A model generated the notes under the pieces. The model was not told the origin of the DNA and did not search any database. It saw only the letters and a list, made by a program, of their open reading frames with translations. The position numbers and the translations under genes are program-made. Source: Camelus ferus (taxonomy: Eukaryota). From it: a stretch of 64,000 nt of DNA. Shown piece after piece: positions 13,118 to 26,699 of this stretch; positions within the stretch are counted from its first letter, which is position 1, and each line of letters opens with the position of its first letter. The stretch lies in contig NC_045696.1 of the NCBI RefSeq assembly GCF_009834535.1, forward strand, positions 40,798,001 to 40,862,000. Reading direction: 5' to 3'.

Positions 13118-13308
13118 ATTTTCCAGTAACCAAGTTTCAAGGAGAAAAATCAGTTGTTCTTTCCACCCTGACATGGAGTGGAGGCAGTAGCCTCTTCTTA
13201 GGTCTCGCCTACACAGTGACAGGAGCCCTGACGTGGCTGGCCTTCTTTGCCATGATGGCAATTCACTTGAGGCTGAAAGAAAGGAAAACGTTATTTCACC
13301 AGGAGTAA
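13118..13308 (+). CDS. TMEM30C: TMEM30C terminal coding exon with second TM helix, (N)FPVTKFQGEKSVVLSTLTWSGGSSLFLGLAYTVTGALTWLAFFAMMAIHLRLKERKTLFHQE*
   Basis: ttcttag acceptor preceded by the TCCTTAAC branch site. Phase is compatible with the previous exon. STxxWxGGxxxFLGxAY motif followed by a hydrophobic segment; TAA at 13306-13308. Confidence 0.94.
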
Positions 13309-13448
13309 AGTCAAGCTTTAAAAAGAAAAGCAGAAAACACAGAAATGGACGGTGAAGTAATGGAGCCAAAGATCCCTGACAAGGTTCAACATGACTGGGA
13401 TATTTCATCAAAGGAACTGAATTAACTGATCAAGTACATTCCCAGATG

Positions 13449-13454
13449 AATAAA
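13449..13454 (+). terminator. Putative polyadenylation signal of TMEM30C
   Basis: AATAAA about 140 nt downstream of the stop codon. Confidence 0.6.
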
Positions 13455-14166
13455 TAATGAGAGTTTCAGAGTGAAGAAGAAGAAAAGAAGAGGAGGAGGA
13501 GGCCTAATTAGGTATAGTAAAATGTCCTGAGAATGGGGAAGATAAATCATCCTTGAGCTCTAAACCAAGTCTTGGGTATTTATTTGAAGCCCTTGTGCCT
13601 GAAGGTAGGTGAATACCTAGAAGAGTGGCATCACCAGACAAGAGTAAGTAATTCTGGGGTCCCCAGGATTAAGTGACTCCTTTTAACCATCAGTCAGGCT
13701 CAGACAATGAGTCTTCGTGGGCTGGTTGAAATGATAGACTTCCCAACAGCAATTGTTAGCGTTGAATTGAGTGATAAGGGTGGTTTTTGAAAACTGATTT
13801 ATTAAATGTTTTCTCCTTTCTGTTGAGTCAAAATGAAGTCTTTTCTGCAAAGAGTAAACCAAGGTTATAGCAGTGCCTCAGCACCCAAAATACATAAGTA
13901 CGCCAAAAGAAAGTGCAGGGATTTCCCTAAAATTCCCATGTAGCCAAGAGGGAAGCATGGAAAGTGACTGAATCTCTCAAAAACCACTCAACGTTTGAGG
14001 GCCCAACACAATTCTAAAACTTATATTGGGATGACATATTCTAGAATGCAGATAATGACATGGATTTGTGGCATTTGAATTATATGTGTTGAGGGAGCTT
14101 CTCAGGGTTCATCTTAAAAGGTTTGAATTCCTGCTAAATGTCACTTACAGGAGACTGAACGAAGTA

Positions 14167-14380
14167 CAGCTGACCCTTGAACAACGCAGGGGTTAGTGGC
14201 ACAGACCCCTGTGCAGTCGAGAATCCACCTGTAACTTTATAGCTGGCCCTTAGTATCTATGGTTTTGCATTCATGGGTTCAACCAACTGTGGATCATGTA
14301 GTACTGTAGTATTTATTGAAAAAAATCTTTGTATAAGTAGCCATATGCTGTTCAAACCCGTGTTGTTCAAAGGTCAACTG
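14167..14380. mobile_element. Tigger2-family MITE (MER8/Tigger2a-like)
   Basis: TIRs CAGCTGACCCTTGAACAAC ... GTTGTTCAAAGGTCAACTG. Confidence 0.8.
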
Positions 14381-14746
14381 TCCTTGGAAAAGCTGCCAGG
14401 ACAAGAGACTCCATAGATTTATGTACCTAGATAACCAGAATATTATACTTTAAAAACCATATTTATAGTATTTTATTTCTTAAGGTGAGGGAAGCTTTAC
14501 TCTGTGATGACTCTAAGAGCTGAATTTTCATTGTTAAAGAAAAACATAGTATCTACACATATTTGTCTCTTTAGCAGCCAAGAAAACATTTCTTTGTTGC
14601 AACATTCTACATTCGCCAAGCAGTCAAGTACTTTTCCAAATAAAATAAAATAACCAAAATGGTTTCAAATACCAACTCTGAAATCTTGGAATCCCTCCTC
14701 TGTCTCATCTTTCATCTGTAAGCAGTGAGCCCTGGTGACCAGATCT

Positions 14747-15204
14747 GGTAGGCTGAATAATTACATCCCACCTCCCACTCCGAAGATACCCACATCCTAA
14801 TCCTTGGAACCTGTGAATGTCATCTCGCATGGCAAAAGAAACGTTGCAGATGTGATTAAGGTAAGGATACTGGTATGGGGAGGTTATCCTGGATTACTTG
14901 GATGGGCCCAATGTAATCATAAGGGTCCTTATAAAAGAGAGGCAGGAGGTCGGAAGAGTAGAAGGAGCTATGGCAATGGAAGCAAGAGGCTGGAGTGATA
15001 CAGAGAAGGGGTCGTGATCCAAAGACTGCGGGAGTCCTCTAGAAGCTGAAAGAAGCAAAAAACAGATCATCTTCTGTAGCTCCAGACGTCCTGCTGACAC
15101 CTTCATTTGAGAGTCTGACCTCTAGAACTGTAAGAAAATTAATTTCTGTTGTTTTAAGCACTGAGTGTGGTAATTTGTTACAGTAATAATAGAAAACTAA
15201 TATA
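14747..15204 (+). mobile_element. MaLR LTR (MLT1C/D-like)
   Basis: tggtaggctgaataat...cacatcctaatcc...gcagatgtgattaag...tgtggtaatttgttacag...gaaaactaata. Confidence 0.8.
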
Positions 15205-15431
15205 CCACAGGTTGGCAGTGCTCTAATCATCTGAACAGTTGTTTCTTGAGCTTAGGTGACTATGCAGGGCAGAAAGCTAGGAAGGAACAGGGCTCACACA
15301 GGAACCAAGCCCAGTGACTTCAGATCCTGGGCTGCCGCCCTTTTAGTCCGCACTCCTCAGTTATGGGGCTGATTGGAAGGAGGTGTGAACACATTTGTCA
15401 CATCTCAACCTTGTTGGTCAGCTTATAAGAT

Positions 15432-15936
15432 GCTGTCTTGGCTAAGGATCTCCAGAGAAACAGGACCAATAGGAGGTGTGTGTGTGTGTAAAAAGATTTA
15501 TTTTCAGGAATTGGCTGACATGATTGTGGAGGCTTCTCAAGTGTAAAATCTGATGGTGGGGCTAGCAGGCTGAATGTTCAGGAAAAGGTTGCATGCAGTT
15601 CAAGCCAAAAGGCCGTCTGCTGGAACACCAGGAAGAACTGACATTGCAGACAGAGCCCAAAGTCTGTCAGCTGGAGAATTCCCTCTTGCTCAAGGGAAGC
15701 TAACGTTTTGTTCTATTCAGGCTTTCCACGGATTAGATGAGACCCACTCACATTGTGGAGGGCTATCTGTTTTACTCAGTCTACTGGTTTAAATGGAAAT
15801 CTCACCCAAAAACAGCCTTACAAACAACAAAAACAACAACAACAACGACAGCCTTACAGAAACATCCAGAATAATGTTTGACCAAATATCTGGGCACCAT
15901 GGCCCAGTCAAGTTCACACATAAAATTAACCACCAC
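15432..15936 (-). mobile_element. ERVL LTR (MLT2-like)
   Basis: tctccagagaaacaggaccaatagg...ggaattggctgacatgattgtggaggc...gaccaaatatctgggcacc...ataaaattaaccaccaca. Confidence 0.8.
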
Positions 15937-18499
15937 AAAAGGCACATGCAACTCATCAAGTAGTCAAGACTTCTCCAAAAAAGTACTCCTTGTTTCACTT
16001 TGCACTAAAGTTGGCTCAATGCGGGAAAAAAAAATCTATATAAAAGCAAGTATGTCCACAAGAAACTAAACCTTCGAAGAAAAGTAAGTGGCCGGAATTG
16101 ATGACAGATTGCAGCTGTAGTTCCTTTTTTCTACTTCTCCACAAGTCACCAAGCCCAAAGCGGTTTATCTTTGTAAGACTCTTTCTTACTCTGCCACAAA
16201 GGCTCCGAGCCACCCTCCTCTTCCCTGTTAGGGGAAGAGCCTCAGCACTCAGTTAACTCCCCACCCACACTGGGCTTTCTCTCCTCTTCTTCCTCTTCCC
16301 TCTCCTGTCATCTCGCTCTTGTCTTCTTCCTCTGCTTTTCTAATTCTTCATCCTTGTGCTTTTGTGGATGGCTGGTGAAGGCTTGGAACAACTAGCCTTT
16401 CTTTCTCCAACTCCTGGCAACAATTCTGGAGGGAGAAAAAGTGAGATCAAGAGAGACAAGAAAAGTGCAAATCAATGAGAGTTTGTGAGCGTGTGTTTGG
16501 GTGTTAATGTGTTCAGGCATTTGTGTGAGTGTGAGTGTTTAGAAACTATTGGGGTCATGAGGTGCTTTTACTTAGGCATTTATTCTGAGCGTATGAGCAG
16601 ATGCAGCAGGTATAAAATTGGGTACGGTGAAATTATGGGTGACTAAAAGTGTAGATTTAACCTTTATTTGCAATTTAACCAATTAACCCCTCCCTTGTGT
16701 GACAAATTTACAATGCCAAGGATACCAAAATGAGCCAGCTAGGGCCCTGCTCTCAAGGGACTCATCTCACATGGATCTTTGTATCCTTCCAAATCCCCTT
16801 GCATAGTTTAGCATGAATCCCTTACTCGCCTTATGTAGATTTCTCTCAGCTTCCTGCACATCATTCTGGCCTCCAGGACAGAGGAGAGAGTATGCTCCCT
16901 CAGGGCAGTGCCAGCTTCCCACCCGCTCTGTGTGACCCCTGAGCACCCAGGTCCAAAGTGTTCACGTTAATAAAAAATCTCCAGACTTGGCGACAACTAC
17001 ATCATCCTTCGCAGCCGGCACTAAGGCCTCCCCCGTGAAGGCTGGTTTTTCAGCTGGTTTGTTTTATGGTAGGGGCTTTATTAACCAAATCTTAATAAAG
17101 GAAAACCAGCATCAGTCAGCTGCTGGTGGTTTTCCTTTGCCAGACGTCCATCGGAATCCCACGGCGCCACCGCCTGCCCTTGTCAACAGTTTTTGTCTCT
17201 GGATTTTCCTAAATGATAGGATTGTGGAGCAGAGATCTCCTGGGTGCGACACAGGGAAGCCCATTACCCCTTGTCGGAGCCAGGAGAGTCACTCAGGCGC
17301 GCAGCCCGGTTGTCCCTGTTCTCAGGACTGGCTCACAAGTCCATTGCTGAGTACCAGCCTTGGTTTGAAATGAGCACAGCCCTTTGAAGTCTTTATCACT
17401 CCTAACCAAGTTTCAGATAGCTTCATTCTCCTTTTACCTGTTAACAGTGTCAATGTTTCTTTGACACTTCTTAGATAAATGCATTCTAGGATGAGCCATG
17501 GCCCCCTTTTTATCTCCAGTCCCCCTACCCCAGCCCCCTTAAAATAGCTGGCTATCTGGTGAATGATTAGAAGAGAGGAGGTGAAATGATGAGATTTAGA
17601 TTGCAATGACTCAGCACCCAGAGAAGTTCATTTAGGGGAAAAAAAAACATTTTCTGCAAAGGGTCAGGCTTGTACAGTATCCCCGTTCTAACCCTGTGGC
17701 GGTCTGTGAGCCACTCTGACAAATGTAGGAACTCTTCAGAGTCTGGGGAGAGAAATATTGTCTTATAATGAATCTTCCTTTTTTGATTAGTGTGGAGCCT
17801 GTATCCTGCTTCCAGAGGCAGGATCCAGTTTTCTTATTCATTTTCACCGCAGTTGGAATGGAAAAACTGAAGTCATTGCTCTGATGGCAAGAAACATCTT
17901 GTGGCGCCTACAGAGCCAGCAGTCAGTGCAGACAGGCGTGGGGGTGACTTTCTCTCCTTTTCTGTATGGAAAAGAGCTTCACTCCACTGAAACAGATGAT
18001 TTTTAGTGCTGGCTAACATTGCAGAACTCACTTAGACTCAGTTGATTTTTTTTCTTTTTTGTTTATAAAGATTTCTCAGTTTCTTTCTTATCATCAACAT
18101 CCTTGGATTGGCCATAAAAATGTATTCCTCAGTCTGAGGTCAGGGACTTTTCTGAGAGGTCAGGGAGATTCCAAATGGTTTGTGGAAACTAGAGCTGCAG
18201 AGCTCCAAAAAGTAGGTTGGGGTGGAAGAGACAAGCAGTGCCTTTGTTTAGGGAAGCTGAGCAAAATTTGGATTTCCGTCTTTCTCCTAAAGCTGAAAAA
18301 TGAGGAAGGAAATCTGAAGGGGAGAAAGAAATGAAACAATGAAATAAAGATGTGCCCAGCCTAGTCAGATGTGCCCTACCCACATTCCTCCCTTAAATCC
18401 TCTCAACAATGAGGCAGATCTGTTAGCCTCCTGGGAGTCACTTCCCTTTTTCCCTCCTGTCAAAGCCCACTTCACATGATACAAATTAAAGTGCTAGAT

Positions 18500-21305
18500 A
18501 TATACTTTGCTTTGGGTAAGAATGGCAAAGGGACCCAGTTCTGACTATGGGACATAAGAGAAAGTGTGTTGGGGGATTTAGGAGAAGATTTTCTTACAAG
18601 ACAAGCCAAAGCACACATGAAAAGAGCTCTCATGTTACCTTACCTGCCTCTGCTTCCTACATACAAATGCAATTGTATGACGATGTGATGCCTGGAGCTG
18701 CAGTAGCCATCTTGCAACCAAGAGGTTAAAAAAAAAAAATGAGGGCCAAAAGTTTTCATACTGAGGACAGTGGAATGGAGGCTTTAAAAAGCTGGATTCT
18801 TTTTTTAAAAAGTTTTAAAAATTGAAATGTACTTGATTAACAATATTGTGTTAGTTTCAGGTGTACAACAAAGTTATTCAGTTATGTATATATATTTTTT
18901 CAGATTATTTTCCATCGTAGGTTATTACAAGATACTGAATATAGTTCCCTGTGTTATATGGTAAATCCTTGTTGCTTACTATTTTATGTGTAGTAGTTTG
19001 TATCTGTTAATACCATACTCCTAATTTATACCTCTTTGGTAACCATAAGTTTGTTTTCTGTGTCTTTGAGTCTATTTCTATTTTGTATACAGATTCCTTT
19101 GTTTAATTTTTTTTTAGATTCCACATATAAGTGATATAAAATCCTTGTCTTTGTCTGACTTATTCACTTAGTATAATATTCTCTTGGTCCCTCTATGTTG
19201 CTACAAATAGCAATATTTCATTCTTTTTTATGGCTGAGTAATGTTCCATTGTGTATATATACACTACATCTTCTTAAGCTAGTCATCTGTTGATGGACTT
19301 TTTTTTGTTGTTTTCATGTCTTGTTTATTGTAAATAGTGCTGCTATGAACATTGGGATGCATGTATATTTTCAAATTAAGGTTTTTGTCTTTTTCAGATA
19401 TATGCCCAGGAGTGGAATTGCTGGATTATGTGGTAGCTCTATTTTTAGTTTTTAAAGGGACCTCCCTACCATTTTCCATAGTGGCTGCACCAATTTGCAT
19501 TCCCACCAACAGTATAGGAACGTTCCCTTTTCTCTACACCCTCTCCAGCATTTATAATTTGGAGACTTTTTGATGACAGTCGTTCTGACTAGTGTGGGGG
19601 TGATACTTCATTGTAGTTTTGATTTGCATTACTCTAATAATTAGCAAGTTTTGAGCATCTTTTCATGTGCCTGTTGGCCATCGGTATGTCTTCTTTTGAG
19701 AAATGTCTGTTTAGGTCTTCTGTCCATTTTTGATTGGGTTGTTTGTTTCTTCAATATTGAGTTGTATGAGCTGTTTGTATATTTTGGATATTAAGACCTT
19801 GTTGGTCACATGGTTTGCAAATGTTTTCTCCTGTTCTTTAGGTTGTGTTTTTGTTTTGTTGGTGGTTTCCTTTGCTGTGCAAAAGCTTTTACATTTGGTT
19901 TGGTCCCATTTGTTTATTTTTGCTTTTATTTATTTTGCCTGGAGAAACTGATCTAAGAAAATATTGCTACAATTTATGCCCAAGAATGTTTTGCCTTTGT
20001 TCTTTTCTAGGAGTTCTATGGTGTCATGTTTTATATTTAGGTCTTTAAACCATTTTGAGCTTATTTTTGTGTATGCTGTGAGGGAGTGTTCCATCTTCAT
20101 TCTTTTACATGTAGCTGTCCAGATTTCCCACTTGTTGAAAAGACGGTCTCTTCTCCATTGTATATTCTTGCCTCCTTTGTTGTAGATTAATCGACCGTAG
20201 GTGTGTGGGTTTATCTCTGGGCTCTCTATTCTGTTCCGTTGAACTGTGTATCTGTTTTTGTGCCAGTACCATACTGTTTTGATTACTATAGCTTTGTAGT
20301 ATTATCTGAAATCTAGAAGGGTTATACCTGCAGCTTTGTTCTTTTTCCCCAGGATTGCTTTGGCAATCCTGGGTCTTTTGTGATTCCACATAAATTTTAA
20401 GATTATTTGTTCTAGTTCTGTGAAAAATGTCCTGGTTAATCTGATAAGGATCACATTAAATCTGTAGATCACTTTGGATGCTATGGCCATTTCAACAATA
20501 TTATTTCTTTCAATCCAAGAGCATGGGGTATCTTTCCATTTCTTTGAATCATCTTCAATTTCCTTTTTCAGTGCTTTATAGTTTTCAACATATAGGTCTC
20601 TCACTTCCTTGTTTAAGTTTATTCCTAGGTATTTTTTGACAATTTTAAATGGGATTGTTTTCTTTACTTTTCTTTCTGATATTTCATTTTTAGTATAAAG
20701 ATATGCAACAGATTTCTGTATATTAATCTTGTATACAATTACCTTGCTGAATTCATTTATTAGTTCTTTTATGTGGGGACTTTAGGGTTCTCTCTATAGA
20801 GTAGCATGTCATTTGCATATAGTGACAGTTCTACCGTTTTCCCTTCCTATTTTGATATTTTTTATTCCTTTTTTCTAATTGCTCTGTCTAGGACTCCTAA
20901 TACTGTACTGAATAGAAGTGGTGAGAGTGGGCATCCTTGTCTTGTTCCTGAATTTAGTGGGAAGGCTTTCAGCTTTTCACCATTGAGTATTATGTTACAG
21001 TCTGTGGATTTGTCATAAATGGCTTTTATTATGTTGAGACGTGTTCTCTCTATATCCACTTTGGTAAGAGTTTTTATCATGAATAGATGTTGTATTTTGT
21101 CAAATGCTTTTTCTGCATCTATTAAGATAATCATGTGGCTTTTGGAAAGAGCAGGATTCTTCATGACATTGTTGAGACCACTGATTCAGTCCTGGAACTA
21201 TCTACTTCTAGACATTTTTTAATGTGAGATAAGAAAGCCTCCCTCTTATTACTTTAGCTTCTTTCCACTGAATATTCTGTTACTTGCAGCCAAAAGCATC
21301 CTAAT
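18500..21305 (+). mobile_element. Old MLT1-type LTR interrupted by an L1 insertion
   Basis: gatgtgatgcctggagctgcagtagccatcttgcaacca before the L1; it resumes after 21160 and ends ctgttacttgcagccaaaagcatccta. Confidence 0.6.
18802..21145 (-). mobile_element. 5'-truncated L1 (ORF2 RT and C-terminal part plus 3'UTR), inactive
   Basis: Minus-strand ORF fragments [11 protein letters not shown]...[13 protein letters not shown] and [11 protein letters not shown]... are L1 ORF2. Degenerate TSD aa(a/g)agc(t/a)ggattctt. Confidence 0.92.
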
Positions 21306-22367
21306 AGATAAAATATGAATATTTCCAGTTTACTGTACTAAATATGTTTTATCTGACCATATCAAATATGTTTGATCTGAAAATTATACCACTGCAGTAG
21401 AAACAAAGCATAGTTGCTTTGCAATCTGCTAGAAATCATCTCTTGCATGACTCTGTAGTTTTCAGCGTAATATATTTCCTCCTCACTGTGCTTCATGTGT
21501 AGATGATGACATGTAGCAATCCATGAAGTGGCCATGTACCACAGATGGTAACCTTACATTCTGTTATTTCTTGTGATCCAGTTGCTAAAAGATTGACACT
21601 AGTTCTCAACCATTAGTCTTGTAATTTGGCTAACATTCTTCCTAGCAGACTGATAGAAGTTCAAAGGCTGTTGCTCTGGGCTGATACAACATATGAATCT
21701 ATGATTATTGTCTTATGATTATGATACCAGGATCATGGTTTAGAACAGTTCTGTTATTCAAAATGGCTGCTAGTAAAGCTATCAGTCACACTTAAGCTTC
21801 TCCTTACAGATATAACGTGTTACACACTATATGACATTCTCAAAAAGATAAAACTATAGTGATGAAGATTAGTGGTTGCCAGGAATTCAAGGTAGGAGGA
21901 AGATGTGGCAATAAAGGGATAGAATGCAGGAGTTTTTCTAGGGTAATGGAACTGAGCTGTATCCTGATTGTGGTAGTAGTTACATGAATCTGTCTATAAA
22001 TGTCCAAAAAAGTTCATTTTACTATATGATCATTTAAAAATTAAAATAAATCCATCCCATCCAAAATGGTTTCCAGCCATTCATTGATAAGTCCAAACTG
22101 ATTTACCATTTTGTCTAAATGTTAGCAAGAAAGAAGGAAGTCTACAACTGACTATTGCTGGGTTTAAGAAAACAGTAGCTAGATCAAGAGAAGGGAATAG
22201 CTAGATCTGATTGCTGTAATTGACACCCAGTGGTTGGCTTCACTAAGAGGCATGGAGGAAAACAGAGTCTCAGGAAATAAAACTGCAAGTTCTTAATTGC
22301 TGAGGCCTCTCCCCACTTGGAGAGGCCAAGAATAAGAGCTATTTCCCTGGTTACAAAATTTCAGGGT

Positions 22368-22720
22368 GATCTCAATTGATGTAGAAAAAGCATTTGACAA
22401 AATTCGACACCTTCCATAATAAAAACACTCAACAAATGAGGATTAGATAAAAGTTACTTCAATATAATAAAGGCAATATATGAAAAACGCACAACTAATG
22501 TGCTCGATGGTGAAAGACTGAAAGCTTTTCCTCTAAGACCAGGAACAAGGTAAGGAGGCTTACTTTCACCACCTGTATTCAACATAGTCCTAAAAGTTCT
22601 ATTCAGAGCGATTAAGCAAGATAAAAAATAAAAGACATCCAAAATGGAAAGGAAAAAGGACATAAATTTTTGTTTGCAAATGACAGGATCATATATATAG
22701 GAAACCCTAAAGATTACATG

Positions 22721-22752
<32 letters not shown>

Positions 22753-24988
22753 GACACACCCTGTTAAAACTAATAAGAGAATTCAGCAAAGTTGTAGGAT
22801 ACAAAATCAACACACAAAAATCAGTTGTGTTTCTATGCACTAACAGTGAACAATCCAAAAAGAGGTTAAGAAAACAATTCAATTTATGATAGCATCAGAA
22901 AGAATGAAATAGTTAGCAATAAACTTAACCAAGAAGGTTAATTACACTGAACACTATAAAACACTGCTGAAAGAAATTAAAAACAATAAATGGAAAAACA
23001 TCCTATGTTCATGGATTAGAAGGTTTAATATTGTTAAGATGTCAGCGCTACCCAACATGATCTACAGATTTGACACAATCATCATCAAAAACTCCACATT
23101 GTTTTCAGAAATAGAAAATTCATCCTAAGATTATTATGGAACTTTATCAATGGATCCTGAATGGTCAAAACAATCTTGAAGAAAAAGGACAACACATAGA
23201 GGTCTCACATTCCTGATCTAGAAACTTATTATAATGCTATGGCAATGAAAACAGTGTGGTACATAAAGAGACATATATTCCAATGGAATACAATAGAGAA
23301 TCCAGAAGTAAACCCACACATATATGGTCAAATGATTTTCATTAAGGGTGCCAAGATTATTCAATTAGGAAAAAGACAGTCTTTTAAACAAATGGTCTTG
23401 GGGAAACTGGATCTCCAAATGCAAAAAAAAAGAAAAAAAAAAAAAGAAAAAAAAGAAAATGCAAAAAAGTTAAGTTGGACCCTTGCTTACACTACAAAGA
23501 AAATTAAAATGGATCAAAGACCTAAATGTTAGAGCTAAAACTTAGAAGAAAACATAGGAAGAAAGCTTTAGGACATTGGATTTGGCAGTGTTTTCTTGGA
23601 TATGACACCAAAAGCACGGTCAAGCAAAGAAAAATAGATAAATTGGACTTCATCAAAATTAAGAACTTTTCTGCATCAAAAGACACTATCAACAGAGCAA
23701 AAAGTAAGCCCCCAGAATGAAAGAAAATATTCACAAATCATATGTCTTATAAGGGACTAATATTCAGAATATATTTTTGAAACTACAACTCAACAACAAC
23801 AAAAAAACAATCCAGTTTTAAATGGGCAAAAGACTTGAATAAACATCTCCAAAGAAGATACACAAATGGCCACTAAGCACATGAAAAGATGCTCAATATC
23901 TAATCATTGAGGAAATTAATATCAAAACCACAATGAACTATTACTACACACACATTAAGATGGCTATTATCAAAAAAACAGAAAATTACAAGCGTTGACA
24001 AGGATGTGAAGAAGTGGAATCCACTGCTGGTGGGAATATAAAATGCTCCAGCCACTGTGGAACATGGTATGATAAGTTTTCAAAAAAATAAAAAGAGTTA
24101 CATGATCCAGCAATTCCACTTCTGAGTATATACACTAAAAAGCAGGAACTTTAAGAGATACTTGTACACCCATGTTCATAGCAGCGTTATTCATAATAGC
24201 CAAAAAGTGGAAGCAACTCAAGTGTCCACTGACAGATGAATAGATAAACAAAATGTAGTATTAGTATATATAGAGAAAGTGATAGATACATACATATGTA
24301 CATACACACATATAATACAGACACACAGTTGATACTTGAAAAACCCAGGGTTTATGGGTGTTGTACCCTCTGCGGAGTCGAAAATCTGCATATAACTTTA
24401 CATCTGCCCTTTATATCCGCAACGGAATTCAAGATCCAAGGATCAATCAACCATGGATCATGTAGTGTTGTAGTACATATTTAGTGAAAAAAAATCAGTG
24501 TACCAGCGGACCTGCACAGTTCAAACCCATGTTGTTCAAGGGTCCACTGTGGGTGCATGTATATATGTGTGTGTGTGTGTGTGTATTTGTATGTATATAC
24601 ACACAATAGTAGATATTTGAGCCTTTAAAAGCAAAATTCTAACACATGCTACAACATGGATGAACCTAGAGGACATTATGCCATGTGAAATAAGCCACAC
24701 AAAGAGACAAATAATGTGTATACTCTTATATACCTTATTTACTCTTATATACCTATGTCAGACAGAGACAGAAAGTAGAATGGTGGTTGCCAGGGGCTTG
24801 GCGTAATGGGGAATGGAAAGTTATTTTTTAACTGGAACAGAGTTTCATTTGGGGAAGATGAAGTAGTTCTGGAGATGGATGGTGGTGATGGTTGCACAAC
24901 AAAGTGTTCTTAATGCCACTGAACTGTATACTTAAAAATGGTTAAAAGGGTAAATTTTATGTTATGTATATTTTACCACCGAAAACAA
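22368..24988 (+). mobile_element. 5'-truncated L1 (ORF2 3' part plus 3'UTR), inactive
   Basis: gatgtagaaaaagcatttgacaaaattc... and ORF pieces KIDKLDFIKIKNF. Degenerate TSD acaaa(at/gt)(t/c)tcagggt at 22353 and 24989. Confidence 0.92.
24326..24549. mobile_element. Tigger2-family MITE nested in L1
   Basis: TIRs CAGTTGATACTTGAA ... TTGTTCAAGGGTCCACTG; homologous to 14167-14380. Confidence 0.75.
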
Positions 24989-26699
24989 ACAAAGTCTCAG
25001 GGTCAGTGTGCCATGCTTGGAATTTAGAATGGCAGATACCAAAAAGCCTTTATGAGTGCACCTGTGCTAAGCATTTGAATAAACCAAATATCAGTAAGGA
25101 AGATGGAGTGAAAATGGTGGTAGCTTTCAGCTGCAGTATCTTCCAATAAGTTAGGACAGCACGCTTTTTGTGTGAGGTTCCTGTCTTGCTAGTTTCATTG
25201 GAAATGAATAGTGTCCACATCAATGGGGAGTTTTATTAACTAGGGTTTATTGGGTTCACTAAAACAGTCCCATTATTTAGCAACTCAAAAAGTTCTTCAG
25301 CCACAGACATCTTATGTCACTACAGCACCGAACAGAACTCTGTCTAAGATGCTCTGTAGATAACTTCTTAGCACAAGGAATGCATTCTCCTGGGAACACA
25401 CTGGAGCCTCCACATGGCCCTTAAGAAGACACTGACCTCTTTGAAACTAGGACTGCAAGATCCAGGGGACTAGGGCGACTTCCAGTTGCACAGATTTTTC
25501 TGAACTCTGGTTCTCAAGAAAGACTAAATGAAGGAATCATCGGAAGACTCAAAATAGAATCTGCCACATACCAATCCTGTGAGGTAATGCATGAACTTGC
25601 GGAGGCATTAAGATGCAGGAAGGCAGATAATCTGGGCCTCTTTTAACGTGATTTATTGGCTTCTAGTAAGACTCAAAAGACTGGAAAAATTCTCCTCTTC
25701 TATAAAAATATATTAAAATATATAGACCTATTGGACTCTCTTAAACTGAAAATGATAGTTAAATCCTAGGATCAGGACTAGCACCAGCATAAGGAAGGAG
25801 TTTCCGATTCCCCAGCCTCCTTCCAGCCGGCTCAGATACTATCAGTCTCCCAGCCAATGTGGAGATGAAGTCTGTATTTCAAGATTTTCATCTTTGACCT
25901 CTTTCTGTATAAAACATAAAATAGCATCATCAGCTGTTTTAGATAGCCTATAGCTTCGTGCAAGTTTTTTAGTTCACACCAGTGAGAATTTCCCATACAG
26001 ACTGAGGTCAATTCTTGACCTCTGGAATCCTTCATATGTTATCCTCAAGGCAGTTGCCTTCTTATAAATTAGCTGTGTATTTTCTGGGATCAACCACATC
26101 CTTGGAAAACTTACTGCATCTCATCCAAGAAACTTGGCTTCCATTCTGTGCTCTCCAGAGAGAGCTGTGTGAACTTCAGGAGCAATAACTCAGGCAGAGG
26201 GTCCTCAGTGGTCAGGGAAGCCCCAAATTTGGATAAGGTTTCACTTGAATATTCATTGGCTTTAACAGTTTGGTAAAAGTAGGAGAAGATTCCTAGTTCC
26301 AAGGGGTCAAATATCCTCCCTGAAACTAAAATGGAAAAGATGAACTTAGTCATGGAAAGAATTTCATGATAAACCTAATGTCCTAGGGCCACTTTCATAA
26401 TAGTACCTCCTCTTCTCACCACTCATTTCCCTTGTGTGTCTCTTGAATAATATCATTTTAAAGGATTTAATAAAGATTTCTCTGTCAGCAGCCCAAGTCA
26501 AAGCCTCTAGAGGAAGTGGTATATTGTTTGAAAACTCCAGGGCCCTTAGTTCCAGTGAAGTGTAGGAATAAAGAGGACGTCAGAACAAGATGTCTACTGG
26601 GGACAGAGAGCCTGAGTCAACAGCTTCCTGGGATTAGGAAGAATTAAGAAACATCAGCCCAATAGAGATACTTAGACTGGGAATCAGATGATATTAGCA

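Noticed and set aside
13052..13411. 119-aa minus-strand ORF
   Set aside because: It is the antisense shadow of the TMEM30C last exon.
19352..21222. Cluster of 60-100 aa ORFs, some with reverse transcriptase motifs
   Set aside because: They are broken L1 ORF2 fragments or their antisense frames, not host genes or a novel RT system.
22454..23734. 142-aa and neighbouring ORFs
   Set aside because: They lie within a decayed L1 that includes a CA microsatellite.
25004..26690. Unique-looking segment, possibly ERV/Gypsy interior or pseudogene
   Set aside because: No motif or frame I could assign; it needs a database search.
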